Origin: Bacillota bacterium
Lineage (GTDB): Bacteria > Bacillota > Halanaerobiia > Halanaerobiales > M55B127
Direction of reading: 5' to 3'
Assembly (NCBI GenBank): GCA_051745185.1
Contig: JBNJDV010000002.1
Location: forward strand, 7,136-71,135
Length of the DNA: 64,000 nt
This document shows, one piece after another, positions 49,872 to 59,234 of the stretch (positions within the stretch are counted from its first letter, which is position 1; each line of letters opens with the position of its first letter). Below the pieces are notes generated by a model. That model was not told the origin of the DNA. It saw nothing but the letters and a program-made list of their open reading frames with translations, and ran no database searches. The translations under genes were made by a program, and so were the position numbers.

Positions 49872-51239
49872 TTAACCTTTAAATATATTTTTTACTTCTT
49901 TTTGAAAGTCTTTTCCTCTTTTTTTATAGCTTTCATACATATCCCAACTTGGACAACCTGGTGATAAAAGTAGTGTATCATCAACATTGATAAAATTAAA
50001 AGCTTTCTGGACAGCTTCTTTCATATTATCTACTATTACATAATCTTTATAACCTAGATTATCTAATTCTTTTTTTATCAAATACCTAGTCTCACCTAAA
50101 ATTATAGCTTTTTTTACACGCTCGTTTATTGTATAAGCTAGAGAAGAAAATTTTGCTTCTCTGTTTTGACCTCCTGCAATTAAAATCAACGGCATTTCTA
50201 GTGAACGCAAAGCATTTATTGCTGCATGTGGATTAGTAGCCTTAGAATCATCTATTATTTTATATTCTTTGTCATAGATTACTTCTAAACGATGTGAATA
50301 AGCTTCATAACTTTTAACAGAATTGACTATTTTTTGGTTTGTTATATCAAATAATTTTGCAACCATTACAGCAAAACCAGTATTTAAGATGTTATGTTCA
50401 CCAATTAATGGTATATCAGTTTTGTTAATCACTTTTTCTTTAAAATTATTCTTTATATGATATATCCATTCCTTATCATAGTATATTCCATTTGTAATAT
50501 TATTTTTATTTGAAACTTTAAATAATTTTGCTTTTATTTTTTTATCTATATTAATCAAATACTCATCATCATAATTTATAATCGCTGTATCTTCTTTAGT
50601 TTGATTTTTATATATATTAGTTTTTGCTTTCCAATAATTATCAATATTTTTATGACGATCAAGATGGTCAGGAGAAAAATTAGTGAAAATACTGATATTC
50701 GGCTTGAAATTATTGATTTTTTCTAATTGAAAAGAACTTAATTCTACTACCACCCAATCATCAGCTGTTAATCCATGTATTTCAGAAATTAAAGGTTTCC
50801 CAATATTTCCTGCAGTTTTTACACTACAATCTAAGTTTTCTTTGAGAATATGACCTGTTAAAGATGTCACTGTTGTCTTACCATTAGTACCAGTAATCCC
50901 AATAATTTTTGCATTTGTTAATCGAAAAGCAAGTTCAACTTCACTTATTATTTCAATACCTTTGTTTTCAGCCCTTTTAATTATTTCAATATCTGATGGT
51001 ACTCCTGGACTTAAGACAATTAAATCTACATCTAATATTTTATCAGAATGTCCACCCAAATCATAGGTGATATTTTTATATTTATTTAAAATTCCTAATT
51101 GAGGTTTTAACTGTTCAGCTCTTTTAACATCACTTACTATTATATGAGCTCCTAAATCATGCATCTTTATTGTTACTGCTAATCCTGTTCTTTCACTTAA
51201 ACCAATAACGGCAATTTTTTTGTTTTTATAGTTTGTCAT
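49872..51239 (-). CDS. murD: UDP-N-acetylmuramoylalanine--D-glutamate ligase
   Basis: ITGTNGKTTVTSL. Standard position between mraY and ftsW. Confidence 0.93.
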   Translation of the reverse strand: MTNYKNKKIAVIGLSERTGLAVTIKMHDLGAHIIVSDVKRAEQLKPQLGILNKYKNITYDLGGHSDKILDVDLIVLSPGVPSDIEIIKRAENKGIEIISEVELAFRLTNAKIIGITGTNGKTTVTSLTGHILKENLDCSVKTAGNIGKPLISEIHGLTADDWVVVELSSFQLEKINNFKPNISIFTNFSPDHLDRHKNIDNYWKAKTNIYKNQTKEDTAIINYDDEYLINIDKKIKAKLFKVSNKNNITNGIYYDKEWIYHIKNNFKEKVINKTDIPLIGEHNILNTGFAVMVAKLFDITNQKIVNSVKSYEAYSHRLEVIYDKEYKIIDDSKATNPHAAINALRSLEMPLILIAGGQNREAKFSSLAYTINERVKKAIILGETRYLIKKELDNLGYKDYVIVDNMKEAVQKAFNFINVDDTLLLSPGCPSWDMYESYKKRGKDFQKEVKNIFKG

Positions 51240-51250
51240 TTTTATTCCAC

Positions 51251-52216
51251 CTAAATAGTAATTAATATTCCAATTATAGAAAATATTATCGAAACTAAAG
51301 TAAATCTATATACAATTTTGGTCTCATTTAATCCTTTTAATTCATAATGATGGTGTAAAGGAGACATTTTAAGTATTCTCTTACCACCTGTAGCTTTAAA
51401 ATATGTAACCTGAACAATAACAGATAATACCTCTAATACATATATACCTCCAATAACAATTAAAAGTAATTCAAGGCCGGTATATGAAAATATTACTGCT
51501 AAAGATGCACCTAAGGACAATGAGCCAACATCTCCCATAAAAACAGATGCTGGTTTTGAATTATACCATAGAAATCCCAAAGCTGCACCAGCTATACTTA
51601 AAGCTAAAAACCCTGTTGTACTTTTAGTTGTCACAGTGATTATTATAAAAAAGGTTATTGCTACAACAAATGTTATTGAAGAAGCTAATCCATCTAAACC
51701 ATCTGTTAAGTTAACTGCATTAACTGCTGAAAGATATGTCATTACTATAATTGGTATAACATATATTCCAAAATTTACATAAGTTTTCGATATCGGTATA
51801 AAAATATTTCTGGCTTCAGGAAGATAAAAATATACATAAAATCCTAATATTAAACCTATTATTACCTGAAGAAAAATTTTCTGTCTTGCTGTTAAGCCTA
51901 AAGAACGTTCTTTTTTGATTTTAATAATATCATCACTAAAACCAATAATAGCAGTTGCTATAAGTACTAATATAAAAACTATAAAATCTAACTGCCAAGT
52001 GTTTGTTAATATGATCGGCAGTAATATTGCAGAAATTATTAATATACCGCCCATTGTGGGTATTCCTTCTTTTTCTAAATGAGATTTTGGACCCACTTCT
52101 CTAATATTTTGTCCTATTTCATATTTTTTTAATTTTTTTATAAAAAATGAGCCTGTTAGAAGTATCCAAATAAAAGGAATTGTAAAAAATAATATTGAAT
52201 TGAATATATATGACAT
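51251..52216 (-). CDS. mraY: Phospho-N-acetylmuramoyl-pentapeptide transferase
   Basis: PTMGGILI, NAVNLTDGLDGLA and HHHYE motifs. Confidence 0.95.
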   Translation of the reverse strand: MSYIFNSILFFTIPFIWILLTGSFFIKKLKKYEIGQNIREVGPKSHLEKEGIPTMGGILIISAILLPIILTNTWQLDFIVFILVLIATAIIGFSDDIIKIKKERSLGLTARQKIFLQVIIGLILGFYVYFYLPEARNIFIPISKTYVNFGIYVIPIIVMTYLSAVNAVNLTDGLDGLASSITFVVAITFFIIITVTTKSTTGFLALSIAGAALGFLWYNSKPASVFMGDVGSLSLGASLAVIFSYTGLELLLIVIGGIYVLEVLSVIVQVTYFKATGGKRILKMSPLHHHYELKGLNETKIVYRFTLVSIIFSIIGILITI

Positions 52217-52220
52217 TTTA

Positions 52221-53603
52221 TCATTCCTTATCTTTACGATAGTTATTTACTATCTGTTCCATTTTCATTCCTCTAGATCCTTTAACTAATATCACATCTC
52301 TTTTGGAACCAATTTCATCTATAAATTTAATAATGTCTGTTTTGTTTTCGAAATGTTTTATAATTAATTTGTCTTTTGATTCTTTACTTGCACCCTCTGA
52401 AATAAAACTACCTAATTTTCCTAGAGTTAACAAATAGTCAATATTTTTCTTTACAATATATTCTCCAATTTCTTTATGTGCTTCTTCTTTAATATTACCT
52501 AATTCTAACATATCACCTAAAATAGCAATTTTCTTATTACCCTCAATTTCATCTAAAAGGTCAATTGCATTTTTCATCGACAACGGATTTGCATTATAAC
52601 TATCATTAATAAACTTTATATTTTTTATTTTTTCAATTTGTGACCTCATATCAGTTAATTTTATATCTTTTAATGCTTTTTCGATTAGAGACCAGTTAAG
52701 ATTAAAGTTTCTTGCAACAGTAATAGAAGCTATAATGTTGTATAGATTATACTTCCCAAATAGATTAGTTTTTAAATTTATTACATTTTTGTCATTTTTA
52801 ATGGAAAATTTCATACCAAATTTAGTTATCGTGTAATCTAACACTCTAAAATCGGCTTTTTCATCAAAACCAAAATACTTATACTTTGTTTTTTTGTTTA
52901 ATAGATCATATAATATATCAGTATATGGGTTGTCAATATTTAATACAGCTAACCCTTTATCACCCAATGATTCAATAAGTTCACCCTTTGCCTTGGCAAT
53001 CTCATCAACTGAGTTGAAAAACTCAATATGTGCTTGACCTACATTTGTTACTATTCCAACTTGGGGAACTGCAATTTCAGTTAGAAGTTTTATTTCTCCG
53101 AAACCGCTCATTCCCATCTCTACAATAAAAAAGTCCTCATTACCTTCTATTCTAAATAAAGTTAAGGGAACTCCTATGTGATTGTTCAAATTACCCTTAT
53201 TTTTTTTGACATTATATTTTTGTTTTAATAAAGAATATAAAATATCTTTTGTAGATGTTTTTCCTGAACTACCAGTTATACCTATTACTTTTACATTTTT
53301 ATGGTTTTGTCTATGAAATTTAGCTAAATCCTGTAGAGCTTTAGTAGTATCTTCTACTTTTATAATATTTTTTATATCTGTTTTAATTTCTTTTTGCACT
53401 ATAACAGCTTTAACATTTTTAGCCAAGTCATCATTGATAAAGTTATGTGCATCAAAATTTTCACCAATTAATGGAATAAATATATCCTCGTCATTTAATT
53501 TCCTTGAATCTGTAGAAATTCCTTTAAGAATATCATTCTTATTTCCCTTTATTAATCTTCCATCTACTGCTTTTAGGATTTTACTAATTTTATATTCAAA
53601 CAT
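52221..53603 (-). CDS. murF: UDP-N-acetylmuramoyl-tripeptide--D-alanyl-D-alanine ligase
   Basis: ITGSSGKTSTKD. The ATG at 53603 lies 6 nt after AGTGGTG; the track GTG at 53615 is the alternative. Confidence 0.92.
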   Translation of the reverse strand: MFEYKISKILKAVDGRLIKGNKNDILKGISTDSRKLNDEDIFIPLIGENFDAHNFINDDLAKNVKAVIVQKEIKTDIKNIIKVEDTTKALQDLAKFHRQNHKNVKVIGITGSSGKTSTKDILYSLLKQKYNVKKNKGNLNNHIGVPLTLFRIEGNEDFFIVEMGMSGFGEIKLLTEIAVPQVGIVTNVGQAHIEFFNSVDEIAKAKGELIESLGDKGLAVLNIDNPYTDILYDLLNKKTKYKYFGFDEKADFRVLDYTITKFGMKFSIKNDKNVINLKTNLFGKYNLYNIIASITVARNFNLNWSLIEKALKDIKLTDMRSQIEKIKNIKFINDSYNANPLSMKNAIDLLDEIEGNKKIAILGDMLELGNIKEEAHKEIGEYIVKKNIDYLLTLGKLGSFISEGASKESKDKLIIKHFENKTDIIKFIDEIGSKRDVILVKGSRGMKMEQIVNNYRKDKE

Positions 53604-53604
53604 T

Positions 53605-55068
53605 TTATACACCACTTAATTTATCATTTATAGCACTAATTGCAACTTCTTTATCATTAAAATCAATTGTTTTATCTGCAAAAACTTGATAAGTTTCATG
53701 TCCTTTACCAAACACTATTACTACATCATCTTTTTTTGCTTTATTAACAGCATGAATAATTGCATCTTTACGGTCCACATTAACAGTAAATTGAGTATTA
53801 TACTTTGATTCAATGATTCCACCTATAATTTCTTCTATTATTGTATCAGGTTCTTCTGAACGGGGATTATCTGTTGTTACAACTACATAGTCTCCATATT
53901 TAACTGCTATTTTACCCATTTTGGGTCTTTTATCTTTATCTCTTTCTCCACCACAACCAAAAACGATTATTACATCTTCATGTCTGAAGTTTTTTAATGA
54001 CTCTAATACATTTATCATACTATCAGGAGTATGTGCATAGTCTATAATAACAGTAAAATCTTGACTTAAATTTATAGTTTCAAACCTTCCCGGTATCCCC
54101 TGGATACTCTCCAGTGATTCTTTAATAGTCTTTTCATCAATTCCTAAACTCAATGCTGTTCCTATTGCAGCAAGACTATTATATATATTAAACTTACCTG
54201 TTAAATGCAAATCATACTTCATATTATCTAAATTGAAACTTACGCCATGTAATGCTAATTTGAGATTTGTTGCCTTTAAATCAGAACTTTCTTCTATACC
54301 ATATGTGATTATATCACTTTTTGTATTATTCTTAAAAAAGCTGGAATATTGATCATCATTATTAATAATAGCTGTACCCTCTTTTTTTATTTTTTTGAAT
54401 AGTTTAACTTTTTCTTCAGCATATTTTTGCATTGTCTTATGGTAATCTAAATGGTCTTGACTTAGATTTGTAAAAACTGCAGTCTTAAACTGCATAGTAT
54501 CAACTCTATTTAATGCTAAAGCATGAGAAGATACTTCCATTACGGCATATTTTACATCGTTATCTCTCATCTTAGCTAAATACTTATATATATCTAATGA
54601 TTCAGGAGTTGTTCTCGATGCATCAAGTGAATTTTCCCCATCATAAACCTCTATCGTACCTATTAATCCAGTTTTATAGCCGCTTTTATTTAATATATCC
54701 TTTATTAAATAGGTAGTAGTTGTTTTGCCATTTGTTCCTGTCACACCTATAAGTTCTATCTTTTCTAAGGGATCTTTAAAAAAGTTTTTAGCTATCTTTG
54801 CCATAGCTTTTCTACTATCATCAACTTTTATATATGTAATTTTTTTCGAATAATTTTCTACTTCTTTATCAATCAATACTGCTTTTGCTTGTTTTTGAAT
54901 TGCATCTGGAATATATTTATGTCCATCAGTTTTAAAACCCTGAATACAGATAAATAGATTTCCATCTTTTATTTGTCTAGAATCATACTTAATATCATTG
55001 ATTTTTATATTTTTACTTCCAATAATATTTTCTACATGTACTTTTTTCAAAACTTTTTCTAATAGCAT
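53605..55068 (-). CDS. murE: UDP-N-acetylmuramoyl-L-alanyl-D-glutamate ligase MurE (third-residue specificity not determined here)
   Basis: VTGTNGKTTTTYL and TTDNPRSE. Confidence 0.92.
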   Translation of the reverse strand: MLLEKVLKKVHVENIIGSKNIKINDIKYDSRQIKDGNLFICIQGFKTDGHKYIPDAIQKQAKAVLIDKEVENYSKKITYIKVDDSRKAMAKIAKNFFKDPLEKIELIGVTGTNGKTTTTYLIKDILNKSGYKTGLIGTIEVYDGENSLDASRTTPESLDIYKYLAKMRDNDVKYAVMEVSSHALALNRVDTMQFKTAVFTNLSQDHLDYHKTMQKYAEEKVKLFKKIKKEGTAIINNDDQYSSFFKNNTKSDIITYGIEESSDLKATNLKLALHGVSFNLDNMKYDLHLTGKFNIYNSLAAIGTALSLGIDEKTIKESLESIQGIPGRFETINLSQDFTVIIDYAHTPDSMINVLESLKNFRHEDVIIVFGCGGERDKDKRPKMGKIAVKYGDYVVVTTDNPRSEEPDTIIEEIIGGIIESKYNTQFTVNVDRKDAIIHAVNKAKKDDVVIVFGKGHETYQVFADKTIDFNDKEVAISAINDKLSGV

Positions 55069-55072
55069 TCTA

Positions 55073-57142
55073 TCACCCTTTTAGCTTGATTACTATTTGT
55101 TCATCGCTATTAATTCTCAAACCAGGATCAATACTCTGATCAATAACTTCACCAGTTTGTCCTTGGATTTTTAAGTTAAGTCCCATCATTTCTGCTAGAC
55201 TTTTCGCTTCTTCTAATTTCATACCTCTAAAATCAGGTGTCATAATTTTATAATTCATTTTTATATTTTCATTTTGTTCTGTAAATAAAAATACTGTAGA
55301 ATCTTTATATACATTTGAACCAGCTTTTGGAATTTGTGCAACTATATTATTGTTTTCACCGATTACCTTATATTCTAATCCTAACTCCTTTATACTGTTT
55401 TGCACATCATAAATACGTTTATTTTTATAGTCATCAAGCTTTACCAATTCATTTTCAATAGGTTTGTTGTTTTCATTTTGTGAAGGTACTTTATAATATC
55501 TTATTAAGTCACTTGCAATTCTTTTGAATAATGGAGCAGCAGTTTGGCTGGCATAATAAGTTTGTCCATCAATACCATACAAAACAACTAATACTACAAA
55601 TTGAGGATTATTAACTGGAAAAAGTCCTACAAATGAAGAGTCATATAAACTACTATTATAATGTTGGGCTGTACCCGTCTTCCCACCAACACGATATCCT
55701 TCAATATATGCATTGGTACCTGTACCTGAACTAACCACATTTTCTAAAAGTGATAAAGTTTTGTGGGCAGTACTGCTAGATACTACTCTTCTTACTTCAA
55801 CAGGTTTGGATTCTTTTAATTTTTCTCCATTTTGATCTGTAATCTTATCAATTAAATTCGGCTTCATTAAAACACCATCATTTGCAACAGCAGAAATCGC
55901 AGAAATAAGTTGAATTGGTGTTACAGAAATTCCTCTTCCAAAAGAGATTGTAGCTATTTCTATATCACCAACAGTATTAAATTCAGGTATCAATCCAACT
56001 GCTTCACCCGGTAAGTCAATATTAGTTTTTTTACCAAAACCAAATGCATTAATATAGTTAAAAAATGGTTTTTTCCCTATTCTTAGACCAACTTGAACAA
56101 ACCCTGGATTACAAGAGTTTTGTACAACTTCTGTAAATGATTCAGTACCATGACCTTCATCATCCCAACATTCTATATATTCTTTTTCGACCTTTATTTT
56201 TCCTGTATCATAAAAAACATCGTTTTGATTAACAACCCCTTCTTCTATAGCAGAAGCTGTTGTAATTATTTTAAATGTTGAACCAGGTTCAAAGTTATCT
56301 GTTATAGCTCGATTTCTCCAGTATCTCTTATTATAATCAGAAAAACTGTTTGGGTCATAAGTAGGGTAATTAGCCATTGATATGATATCACCAGTATCAG
56401 GTTCCATCACTATAATTGTTCCACCTTCTGCATTAAATTCCTTAGCTGTAGCGGCTAATTCTCGTTCAGCACTATGCTGAATTGCTTCATTAACAGTTAA
56501 ATATAAATTGTTACCATCTTCTTCACGTATATAATCAATAACACTTTCAGGAATTAACTGTCCAGATGCATCTCGTTCAGTTAATATTAATCCCCTGCTT
56601 CCAGTCAAGTATCTATCAAAAGAAAGTTCCATACCCTCTAATCCATTATTATCTATTCCAGTAAATCCCAATACTTGACTTGCTAATTTTTCTCTTGGAT
56701 AAATTCTTTTACTTTCATCTATAAAAGTTATCCCTTCTAACTGGAGATTATCAATCTCTTCTACTGTTTGATCTGGAATTTGTCTTTCAAGATATACTGC
56801 ATAGGCATCTTTGGTTAGTCTATTAAATATAGTTTCATACTCTACAGATAAAACATCGGCAAGTTTTCCAGCTGTTTGAGTTGGGTTTGTTATCTGTTTA
56901 GGCAAACCCACCACTGTTTTACTAGTAACACTCACAGCCAGTTCCTTGCCGTTAATATCAAATATATTACCCCTATTGGGATTTACTTTTAACTCCATAA
57001 TTCTTTGTTGAAGGGCTTTGTCAGAATATTCTTCATTGTTTATAATTTGAATCCAGATTAATCTTGCAATTAAGAGTAACAACACAAAAGTAATTATAAA
57101 AAAAAGGACTTTGATTCTTTTTTTTCTTTTACTATCATTCAT
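55073..57142 (-). CDS. ftsI: Class B penicillin-binding protein (FtsI/PBP2B/SpoVD type) with two C-terminal PASTA domains
   Basis: N-terminal TM segment. Transpeptidase motifs STFK (GSTFKIIT), SCN (NSCNPG) and KTGT (GGKTGTAQ). Two PASTA-like repeats at the C-terminus. Confidence 0.92.
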   Translation of the reverse strand: MNDSKRKKRIKVLFFIITFVLLLLIARLIWIQIINNEEYSDKALQQRIMELKVNPNRGNIFDINGKELAVSVTSKTVVGLPKQITNPTQTAGKLADVLSVEYETIFNRLTKDAYAVYLERQIPDQTVEEIDNLQLEGITFIDESKRIYPREKLASQVLGFTGIDNNGLEGMELSFDRYLTGSRGLILTERDASGQLIPESVIDYIREEDGNNLYLTVNEAIQHSAERELAATAKEFNAEGGTIIVMEPDTGDIISMANYPTYDPNSFSDYNKRYWRNRAITDNFEPGSTFKIITTASAIEEGVVNQNDVFYDTGKIKVEKEYIECWDDEGHGTESFTEVVQNSCNPGFVQVGLRIGKKPFFNYINAFGFGKKTNIDLPGEAVGLIPEFNTVGDIEIATISFGRGISVTPIQLISAISAVANDGVLMKPNLIDKITDQNGEKLKESKPVEVRRVVSSSTAHKTLSLLENVVSSGTGTNAYIEGYRVGGKTGTAQHYNSSLYDSSFVGLFPVNNPQFVVLVVLYGIDGQTYYASQTAAPLFKRIASDLIRYYKVPSQNENNKPIENELVKLDDYKNKRIYDVQNSIKELGLEYKVIGENNNIVAQIPKAGSNVYKDSTVFLFTEQNENIKMNYKIMTPDFRGMKLEEAKSLAEMMGLNLKIQGQTGEVIDQSIDPGLRINSDEQIVIKLKG

Positions 57143-57169
57143 AATATCATCCTTTTTTAAATTATCAGT

Positions 57170-57640
57170 TTATGGTGAGTACGCTCGTGCAGTTCCCATA
57201 TTAGTGATAAAATCAGTTATTTGACTTAAAAAGTATCTTTGTTCAGGTTCGCTATCAATTTCAACATCTTCTGTTTTTAAAACAATAGTTTGCATCGTTT
57301 CAGGTTCAACCATGTTTAACTCGCTTCTAGCTAAAGTATCTACCTGGGAAATAGAACTTGCATTTGATAACTGTATACCTAATTTATGATTTTTATCTTC
57401 CATTACTTGTAATTCATTTTGCATTTGGTCTATACGATAACTTAGGTCATTAATTTTTAATGTATAACTAATATAAACCACTAATATTATAGCACATATT
57501 GTTAGTAAAATTAAATATATATATATGTTTTTTTTGTCCTCATTATCATAATCTGCATACCTACTATTGCTATTACTGTTATTATTGTTATGATTATAAG
57601 CATTAATATTATTATTATAATCGCTACTATTTTTATACAT
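57170..57640 (-). CDS. ftsL: Cell division protein FtsL
   Basis: Asn-rich tail, one TM segment (IYIYLILLTICAIILVVYISY), then a coiled coil. Lies between rsmH and pbp. The ATG at 57640 follows GGAAGGTGA; the track start at 57661 is probably an over-extension. Confidence 0.8.
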   Translation of the reverse strand: MYKNSSDYNNNINAYNHNNNNSNSNSRYADYDNEDKKNIYIYLILLTICAIILVVYISYTLKINDLSYRIDQMQNELQVMEDKNHKLGIQLSNASSISQVDTLARSELNMVEPETMQTIVLKTEDVEIDSEPEQRYFLSQITDFITNMGTARAYSP

Positions 57641-57657
57641 CTTACTCACCTTCCTTC

Positions 57658-58587
57658 TCATATTTTCTCGGCTACTCTTAATTTTGCACTTCTAGATCTA
57701 TAATTATCTTCAATTTCTTTTTCTGAAGCTCTAACTGGTTTTTTTGTAATAATTTTTACTAAAGGTTCTTTATCACATTTACATACCGGAAGTTCAGGAG
57801 GACATATACAATCACTTGCTAACTCTTTAAATTTATGTTTAACTATTCGGTCTTCAAGAGAGTGAAAGCTTATTATACATATTCTGCCCTCTCTTTTTAA
57901 TCTTTTTACTGCTGCACCTATCATATTTTCTAATTGATTTAACTCATTATTTGTAGCAATACGTAGGGCTTGAAATGTCCTGCGAGCTGGATGTCCTCCT
58001 GATCTTCTGGCAGAGGCAGGAATAGCTGCTTTAATAATATCAACCAATTCAAAAGTGGTCTCAATTTCCTTTTTTTCTCTAAAAGCCACTATAAAGTCTG
58101 CAATTCTTGACGCCCATTTGTCTTCACCATAATCATAGATTAATTTTTCAATTTTGTCTTTTTTATAATTATTTACAATATCTGCTGCAGTTAATTTTTG
58201 ATCTCGGTTCATCCTCATATCAAGGGGGCCGTTGTTATTGTAACTAAAACCTCTGTCAGAATTATCCAACTGAGGGGAAGATACACCGAGATCAAAAACC
58301 ATACCATCAACTTTTTCAATATTATGTTTATCTAAAACTTTGTCAATATCAATATAATTTGCATGTTCTAATATTAAGTTACTACTTTCAATACTATCCT
58401 TTACTTCATTTATAGCTTCTAAATCCCTATCTAAAGCAATTACAAGGCCATCATCATCAATATTTTCCAATATAGCAGCTGTGTGACCTCCGCGTCCCAA
58501 CGTTCCATCTACATAAATACCGTTTCTTTTACAGTTTAAGTACTCTATAGTAGTATCTAACATAACTGGTTCATGTTCAAAAGTCAT
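57658..58587 (-). CDS. rsmH: 16S rRNA (cytosine1402-N4)-methyltransferase RsmH (MraW)
   Basis: HEPVML, DGTLGRGGHT and DLGVSSPQLD. Confidence 0.95.
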   Translation of the reverse strand: MTFEHEPVMLDTTIEYLNCKRNGIYVDGTLGRGGHTAAILENIDDDGLVIALDRDLEAINEVKDSIESSNLILEHANYIDIDKVLDKHNIEKVDGMVFDLGVSSPQLDNSDRGFSYNNNGPLDMRMNRDQKLTAADIVNNYKKDKIEKLIYDYGEDKWASRIADFIVAFREKKEIETTFELVDIIKAAIPASARRSGGHPARRTFQALRIATNNELNQLENMIGAAVKRLKREGRICIISFHSLEDRIVKHKFKELASDCICPPELPVCKCDKEPLVKIITKKPVRASEKEIEDNYRSRSAKLRVAEKI

Positions 58588-58601
58588 TTTGAATTCCTCC
58601 G

Positions 58602-59033
58602 TTATATACCCAAGTCTTCCATTGCGGCTGCAATCTCATCAGTAGAATCCTCAGTTGATTCTAAGAATTGATCCCAATTTTCTTTAGCCCACAATTCAAT
58701 TCTATTTGTTAAACCGATAACTACGATCTCTTTCTCGAGTTCAGCATATTCTTTTAAGTTTGTAGGAATATTTATTCTTCCCTGTTTATCAAGAGTAGAT
58801 TCAGTGGCTCCTGAGATGAAAAACCTGGCAAAAAATCTAGCATTTTTATTTGTTACAGGTGTATTAGCAATTTTTTTACTTAATTGTTCCCATTCATCCA
58901 TAGGAAAAATAAACAGGCAGTTATCTAATCCTCTTGTTGCTACAAAGTTATCACCAAGTTCTTCTCTAAACTTTGCAGGGATTATTAATCTTCCTTTGGA
59001 ATCCATTTTATGTAAATATTCACCTATTAACAT
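58602..59033 (-). CDS. mraZ: Transcriptional regulator MraZ
   Basis: [24 protein letters not shown], plus the second SpoVT/AbrB-like repeat DKQGRINIP. Confidence 0.95.
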   Translation of the reverse strand: MLIGEYLHKMDSKGRLIIPAKFREELGDNFVATRGLDNCLFIFPMDEWEQLSKKIANTPVTNKNARFFARFFISGATESTLDKQGRINIPTNLKEYAELEKEIVVIGLTNRIELWAKENWDQFLESTEDSTDEIAAAMEDLGI

Positions 59034-59048
59034 AATATCATCACCTGT

Positions 59049-59084
59049 TCCCCATTTATACCACTATCTACCACTAATCACCAC
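59049..59084 (-). promoter_or_regulatory. Putative MraZ operator: four phased direct repeats
   Basis: The minus strand reads AGTGGTGATT AGTGGTAGAT AGTGGTATAA ATGGGGAACA. GTGGT x3 plus TGGGG occur at exactly 10-bp spacing, ending 3 nt before the mraZ RBS AGGTGA. A TATACT hexamer lies 2 nt upstream of the first repeat. Confidence 0.6.
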
Positions 59085-59165
59085 TTAGTATACTATTTCT
59101 ATGTATATAAAAAAAATCCTTTAAAATATAATAATTATTTTAGTACTTTAGTACTATTTTTGCAT

Positions 59166-59189
59166 AAAAAAATGTGGGGTTTCCCCCAC
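59166..59189 (-). terminator. Rho-independent terminator after the GDPD gene, insulating the dcw cluster
   Basis: On the minus strand: GTGGGG, loop GAAA, CCCCAC, A, then TTTTTTT. Confidence 0.7.
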
Positions 59190-59234
59190 TTTGTAAATTT
59201 ACTTACTATATTTAGTTATAAATCACCACTCTAT

